The notes beneath the pieces are model-generated. The model made no database searches, had not been told where the DNA came from, and worked only from the letters and a program-made list of their open reading frames with translations. The position numbers and the translations under genes were made by a program. From positions 3,740 to 67,739 of the forward strand of contig OY970181.1 of assembly GCA_963708045.1 (NCBI GenBank): 64,000 bases of DNA, in the 5' to 3' direction. How positions within the stretch are numbered: the first letter of the stretch is position 1; the number at the start of each line of letters is the position of its first letter. The DNA comes from an uncultured bacterium (lineage in GTDB: Bacteria; Patescibacteriota; Patescibacteriia; CAIQCM01). Below are positions 58,781 to 64,000 of the stretch, piece by piece.

Positions 58781-59254
58781 TTATGTAGGTGGAATTTCCG
58801 TCCACGAATTGAGGTAAAACTGACTCGTGTTGATTCCGGTGAAATCAACCTTTATTCAACTAGTAAAGCCGTTAACTGTTGCTTGGGCGTAAAGAGTGCG
58901 CGCGTTTCCATTAATAACGGTGGCACCAATTGAACACACTACCTTGTCCACAGAGATATTCTCATTACCAGTATAACTGGTATTCTTCTTTAGACGCAAT
59001 ACGGCAATATTGGCGCACGAAAAAGCTGAGGATCGCGCTTGCACAGCAGAGGCGCGATTATTTATTTCTCGGCTTTCAATTAAATAATCAGCAGCCAAGC
59101 TAAGGCTGGAAATAAGAGCGATGCCGCTAATTAAAACAACGCTAGTAATCGCGGCAAAGCCGGAACGAACGTTGAGACCCCTCGTTGCGCTCGGGGTGAT
59201 TTTTGCGGTTTTGCCGCAAAAATCAATTTTGTCGGGGGACGGTGGCTGTACCAT
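58781..59254 (-). CDS. PilX-like minor pilin with in-frame TGA at 58856-58858; start uncertain
   Basis: GFAAITSVVLI hydrophobic helix; frame continues after TGA as IKVDFTGINTSQFYLNSWTEIPPT. Confidence 0.65.
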
Positions 59255-59942
59255 ATAATGTAATTGACGACGAATAATCATTCATCACGGTTCCCGTTGG
59301 AGGCGCCGAAACAGTTAGAACAATTCTGATAACTGACTTCGCGGCCGTGGACTGCAAACACGATCCAAGCTTGGCTTGACCCAGCAAAAGATCAAGAAGT
59401 AATCTTAGCCACCCCCCGCTAAGGTAGCCGGGGTATTTATCCCAACAATAATCCGTCTGATTGCTCTTTTTGCAAATGATGCAGTACCAGCTGCCACTAT
59501 GTTCACTCTCATTACATGGAACCCAGCCCGGCGATGTCCGCGCGTGAGCGACCGGATCAACCAAATTGGTAAAAGTCAAACTAGCTACTTTTACGCCAGC
59601 TGAAGTCAGCGGCACAGCCGCGCCAGCCCCCTGCTTCATTGTTAACACGCCGTTTGTTACCTGAAAAACCGTCGGCGACACCGCGGCACTCGGCATCGTT
59701 AGCGTTAGCGAACTTCCGCTCGTTCCATCGCTTGGCGAGGTCGCGTCTTTTGAATTTCTTATTGTTGAAACCATTTTTTCAACGGCAAAACGGGCGTTCT
59801 GATTAACTTCAAGCACGGTTGCAACTTTAGCTTCGCGACGCACGAGATTTACCATAAAACTCATAAGCGTTGCCATAATTATTACAAGAATGGCAACGTA
59901 AAGCATCGTTTCCAACATTGTTGAGCTGCGGCGAATCATCAT
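59223..59942 (-). CDS. PilW/GspJ-like minor pilin
   Basis: STMLETMLYVAIL prepilin-like N-terminus. Confidence 0.75.
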   Translation of the reverse strand: MMIRRSSTMLETMLYVAILVIIMATLMSFMVNLVRREAKVATVLEVNQNARFAVEKMVSTIRNSKDATSPSDGTSGSSLTLTMPSAAVSPTVFQVTNGVLTMKQGAGAAVPLTSAGVKVASLTFTNLVDPVAHARTSPGWVPCNESEHSGSWYCIICKKSNQTDYCWDKYPGYLSGGWLRLLLDLLLGQAKLGSCLQSTAAKSVIRIVLTVSAPPTGTVMNDYSSSITLYGTATVPRQN

Positions 59943-60361
59943 ATAAATGGCCAGTCAGTGATAAGGAGTTGTTCGTTAACCGTTGCCGTCCGATTTGGCG
60001 CCGGATTCCAACTCACCGTAACGTCAATCTTTTTTGTGTCAGCGTCAACTGTGCTCACCGTTACAACTCGCGTCATCCCGTTTAACGTGTCCGAAGTGCC
60101 GCTAAAAATCCACATCAAAGGTGACGCTTGCGTTCCAAGACCATGCGTTCCAACGGCAAGCGCCGTCCATGAACGATCGCTTATAGAAATTGAGGCTTGA
60201 ATCCCCTCCTCGGCAAAGAAAACTGCCTCCATTTCCCTAGACGTCTGTGACACACCCGATTCAACAACTGTTAATATGGAAATAGAGGCGGTGATGCCAA
60301 TAGTCATTACGCCGATGGCGATAAGTATTTCTACCATTGATTGTCCGCAGCGTTTTTTCAT
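59939..60361 (-). CDS. PilV/GspI-like minor pilin
   Basis: GQSMVEILIAIG, AEEGI, VTVSW. Confidence 0.8.
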   Translation of the reverse strand: MKKRCGQSMVEILIAIGVMTIGITASISILTVVESGVSQTSREMEAVFFAEEGIQASISISDRSWTALAVGTHGLGTQASPLMWIFSGTSDTLNGMTRVVTVSTVDADTKKIDVTVSWNPAPNRTATVNEQLLITDWPFI

Positions 60362-60795
60362 TGTTTTGAAATTCTCCCAACTGAATTAATAACAATCGTC
60401 ACGGTTTTTATTCCATTTGTGACGGTTATTGTCCCGGTTACCGAAGGCGTACCGGTTTGTTTGGCAAAAACCACTTCGGAAATTCCAGAAAATTGAAAAT
60501 AATTTCCATAAGGACGAGTCAGATCGTAAACAGTTTGTTTTAGGGCGTAAGAATTTCCACTAAAGAGAGTTATTTTTCCATCCACCGTAGAAACGCCGTG
60601 ACTTATGTTCCTCTCGCTTTGAAGCGAACGGGTTTCGGCCGCGCGTAAATATGTCATGAGCGCCCCCGACACCGCCTCAAGCTCGCGATTTTTCATAAAA
60701 TTTACCGTGGTGTAAACAGCGAAACCAAGAACGATCAAACCGACGCAGGTCGCAACAACGGTTTCAATAATCGTAAACCCGTTTCTTTGGCGCAT
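60358..60795 (-). CDS. FimT/GspH-like minor pilin
   Basis: GFTIIETVV prepilin motif; C-terminal INSVGRI. Confidence 0.8.
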   Translation of the reverse strand: MRQRNGFTIIETVVATCVGLIVLGFAVYTTVNFMKNRELEAVSGALMTYLRAAETRSLQSERNISHGVSTVDGKITLFSGNSYALKQTVYDLTRPYGNYFQFSGISEVVFAKQTGTPSVTGTITVTNGIKTVTIVINSVGRISKQ

Positions 60796-60798
60796 AAA

Positions 60799-61917
60799 TT
60801 AACGGTGAATACCTTCCGTTATTTTATAGATCGGAGTAATAACCGAAACCGCGACAAAACCAACAACCAAACCCATAATGAGTAGGAGCACCGGCTCAAT
60901 AATTGTTGTCATATTATTAACCGTGTCGTCAATTTCCTTGGTTAAGAAATCGGAAATATACCGAAACGAATCATCAAGCTTGCCGGTTTTTTCGCCAACG
61001 CGAATCATCTGAATAACAATCGGCGGAAAATATTTTGTGTTTAAACAATCGGCAATGTTCACCCCCTGGCGACTTACTTCGTTTGCGATTGCCAAAAGTT
61101 CGCGTTGAAAAACAAGGTTGCTTAAACTTTGCGAGGTAATATTTAACGCCCGAACGACGTCTACCCCAGCATCAAGCAGTGTCGCCAAAACCTGTGCCAA
61201 ACGAGTAATTTGCGCGTCGCGAAGCAATGGTCCAAAAACGGGAATCATCAGTTCGGTTTTGTGCAAAAAATATCTAAATTTTTTGTTAAGGAGCAATAGA
61301 CGAATAGAAATAATTAAAGCGGCAATTATTAACCCGATATAAACAACATTGGAAGAAACAAAGTGTGAAAAATCAAACAGGAATTGCGTGGTCGGCGGCA
61401 AAGAAACCTTTAGCGAAATAAAGATCGGCAAAAGCTGGGGCAAGGTAACAAAGCAAAGAAAGCCGGTGATACCAAAAACGCCAGCCAAAATAATCGCCGG
61501 ATAAATTAGAGCGCCGCGAACTTTTTTCCTGAGCGTATCGGCGCGTTCTATTTGCACAGAAATATAATTTAGATTTTCCGAAAGCTGGCCGCTTTCTTCA
61601 CCAACTCTGACCAAATTTACAAAAAGGTTATCAAAGATTTTTGGAAATTTACTGAGCGCGAGTGAAAGATATTGTCCATTCTCAACTTCACAAATTACGT
61701 AATCAAGAATTTTAGCAAAGCGCTTAATTTTGGTTTGCCCCCTGATCACGTCCAACGATTCCCGAAGTGGAATCCCCGCATTGGTCATAATAGAAAGATG
61801 TTTGGCAAAAAATATCTTTTGTTTGGTGGGAATATTGCCGTAGACTTTTATTTCTGGACATTGTTCCGTTATCTTGGCCGGCTTTTTTTCTATTTTTTTT
61901 ATGGACGCTGGAGGCAT
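60799..61917 (-). CDS. pilC: Type IV pilus platform protein PilC (GspF family)
   Basis: VGEESGQL, ALIYP, MIRVGEKTGKLD, IEPVL. Confidence 0.92.
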   Translation of the reverse strand: MPPASIKKIEKKPAKITEQCPEIKVYGNIPTKQKIFFAKHLSIMTNAGIPLRESLDVIRGQTKIKRFAKILDYVICEVENGQYLSLALSKFPKIFDNLFVNLVRVGEESGQLSENLNYISVQIERADTLRKKVRGALIYPAIILAGVFGITGFLCFVTLPQLLPIFISLKVSLPPTTQFLFDFSHFVSSNVVYIGLIIAALIISIRLLLLNKKFRYFLHKTELMIPVFGPLLRDAQITRLAQVLATLLDAGVDVVRALNITSQSLSNLVFQRELLAIANEVSRQGVNIADCLNTKYFPPIVIQMIRVGEKTGKLDDSFRYISDFLTKEIDDTVNNMTTIIEPVLLLIMGLVVGFVAVSVITPIYKITEGIHR

Positions 61918-61924
61918 AAAATAT

Positions 61925-63276
61925 TTATTCTTGAATAACACGCAAGACCTCGGCAATGGAGGTCATTCCTGAACCAGCTTTGGCAAAACCGTCTTCAAGC
62001 ATTGTCGTCATCCCGTTTTTTACAGCTGCGTCCAAAATATTTTCGGACGATGCTTTGCTGACAATGAGATCACGGATGTTTCCAAAAACTTCTAATACTT
62101 CATAAATACCAATCCGACCCTTGTAACCGGTTCCGCCGCAAGTTTTACAACCGCCGCCGATCCAAAAATTTTTATACATCCCGATGAGACGTTCAGAGAT
62201 AACGGATTTGAGGCGTTCGGTTTCGGCAGCAGTCGGAAGATATTCTTTTTTGCAATCCGGACAAATTTTTCTAACCAAACGCTGGCCAATAGCAATGTTA
62301 ACCGTTGAAGCGATGAGAAACGGCTCAATACCCATATCAATAAGCCGTGGCAGAGTCGTTGCCGCATCGTTTGTGTGGATTGTGGACAAAAGAAGGTGGC
62401 CTGTGAGCGCGGCATTAACGGCGATGGAAGCAGTTTCGTCGTCGCGAATTTCGCCGACCATTATCACGTTTGGATCCTGACGAACGATTGAGCGGAGGCC
62501 TTTGGCAAAAGTTAGATTGGTCGCGGTGTTAACTTGAATTTGCGTCACGCCATCCATTGAGTATTCTATCGGATCTTCAATGGTGGTGATAGAGACTTCG
62601 GGCGTATTCAACATTTGAATGAGCGTATAAAGTGTTGTTGTCTTGCCTGATCCGGTCGGTCCGGTCGCGAGAATCATTCCATGCGGACGATGAATATATT
62701 TTTCAATTAATTCTTTGTCACGCTTAGCAAAACCAAGTTCAGTAAGCGTAAACGCTTTAACCTGCGAAACCAAAAGACGAAGCACGGCGTCTTCGCCATG
62801 ATAAGACGGAATAATTGAAACGCGCAGGTCAACCGGCGTTTCGTTAAACGTAACCCGAAAGCGCCCGTCCTGAGCGGCCTGGTGTTCGTCGGTTCGGAGG
62901 CCGCAATTTACTTTTATCGTCGTGATGATTTGGTTAAGCAATACTTTGGGCAAAGAAAAAACTTTATTCATTACCCCGTCAATGCGAAAACGAATATCCA
63001 CTTGTTTTTCCGCCGGGTCAATATGCACGTCGGAGGCATGCATCAAATACGCCTGCTCAATCATATAGTCAACCAATTTGTTGATGGAGACGTCTTTTTC
63101 GGTAAATTTTTCAAGTTCACTTTGTTTAAGCCCAACCTCTTTGGCAAAATCAGTTTTTTCTTTTTTTCTTCTTTAACTTCGGCAACTTCGGTTTTTTCTT
63201 CTTTAATGTCAACCACAGCCTCTTCTTTTGCGGGCTTAGAAACTTCTTTAATTTCTTTTTTAACGCGAGGAGGCAT
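61925..63276 (-). CDS. pilB: Type IV pilus assembly ATPase PilB (GspE/PulE), with a -1 frameshift near 63160
   Basis: ASDVHIDP, QDGR, GPTGSGKTTT, TIEDPIEY, RQDP.V.MVGEIRD, GYKGRIG; N-terminal part (MPPRVKKE...) in a different frame. Confidence 0.9.
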
Positions 63277-63349
63277 ATAGTGTCTAAAGCATACCATTTT
63301 TTTATTCATTTTATAAGCGCTGGAACCAAATCGCCGCGCTTTCAAAGCT

Positions 63350-64000
63350 ATGAACGGTTTTTTACTGATAAATAAACCTATTGGCCCAACCTCGCATGAT
63401 ATTGTTGACCGCGTGAGAAGGGCGACCGGCGTAAAAACGGTTGGCCATGCCGGAACGCTTGACCCTTTTGCCGAAGGATTGCTTATTGTCGGCGTTGGCC
63501 GCGAAGCAACGCGCGAATTTCCACGCCTGGTTGGTTTAGACAAACACTATGTCGCGACTTTGCGCCTTGGAGCGACTTCGGACACCGATGACAGGACTGG
63601 CGTTATTAGCGCGGGGCAAATGGCAAATGGCAAATGGCCGACGCTTGAAAACATGAGTGCCGTATTAAAAAAATTCACTGGCAAAATAATGCAGCTTCCG
63701 CCGGTGTATTCGGCAAAAAAAATTCATGGCAAAAAAATGTATGAATTGGCGCGCGCGGGTTTGCAAGTGGCACGTAGCCCGTCGCCCGTGGAGGTCTATG
63801 GTCTGCGCATTCTAGACGACGTGCCACGCGCTACGTGCTACGAGCTAAGGCTAGATGTCCACTGTTCCTCTGGCACATATATTAGAGCCCTAGCTCGCGA
63901 CATTGGGGAGGAATTAAAAACCGGCGCTTACCTTGAAGAGCTTAAACGCACCGCCATCGGCCCGTTTACTCTTGAAGAGTCGGTTAGGCTTGATGATCTG
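63350..64000 (+). CDS. truB: tRNA pseudouridine(55) synthase TruB, 3' truncated by the window edge
   Basis: TSHD, VGHAGTLDPFAEGLL, SDTDD, PPVYSAKK, CSSGTYIRALARDIG. Confidence 0.95.
   Translation, partial: MNGFLLINKPIGPTSHDIVDRVRRATGVKTVGHAGTLDPFAEGLLIVGVGREATREFPRLVGLDKHYVATLRLGATSDTDDRTGVISAGQMANGKWPTLENMSAVLKKFTGKIMQLPPVYSAKKIHGKKMYELARAGLQVARSPSPVEVYGLRILDDVPRATCYELRLDVHCSSGTYIRALARDIGEELKTGAYLEELKRTAIGPFTLEESVRLDDL

Overview
A 64-kb chromosomal segment, most likely from a Patescibacteria/CPR bacterium using genetic code 11. The assignment rests on no rpmD in the spc operon, a short AspRS without the GAD insert, a Rel protein ending after TGS, split comEC, several type IV pilins and mostly SD-less core genes. 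Nearly all genes lie on the minus strand. Core content: rel (3' part), parAB, scpAB, aspS, recO, the str/S10/spc ribosomal protein superoperon with secY-adk-map, pyrD, rpmB, ndk, comEC, leuS, gdhA, trxBA, infB, a type IV pilus cluster, truB (5' part) and four tRNAs. Accessory content: an IS200 element, a RAYT with its REPs, an extra RpoD-like sigma factor and orphan genes. Main observations: (1) a reconstructable ~1568-aa protein of eight 68-aa wHTH-like repeats fused to a SNF2 ATPase and a SAM methyltransferase, broken by three +1 lesions; (2) strong TCGA depletion, with those three lesions and two in-frame TGA stops all at actual or reconstructable TCGA sites, suggesting DNA modification of that motif or modification-driven sequencing error; (3) many period-7 arrays, often paired as inverted arms, at gene ends, with one arm pair enclosing a 2.7-kb three-gene cargo; (4) an HTH-phosphohistidine-domain / SixA-like phosphatase / GDH module with a paired operator; (5) two leader-peptide attenuators. 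All calls come from reading the sequence by eye; no database searches were run.
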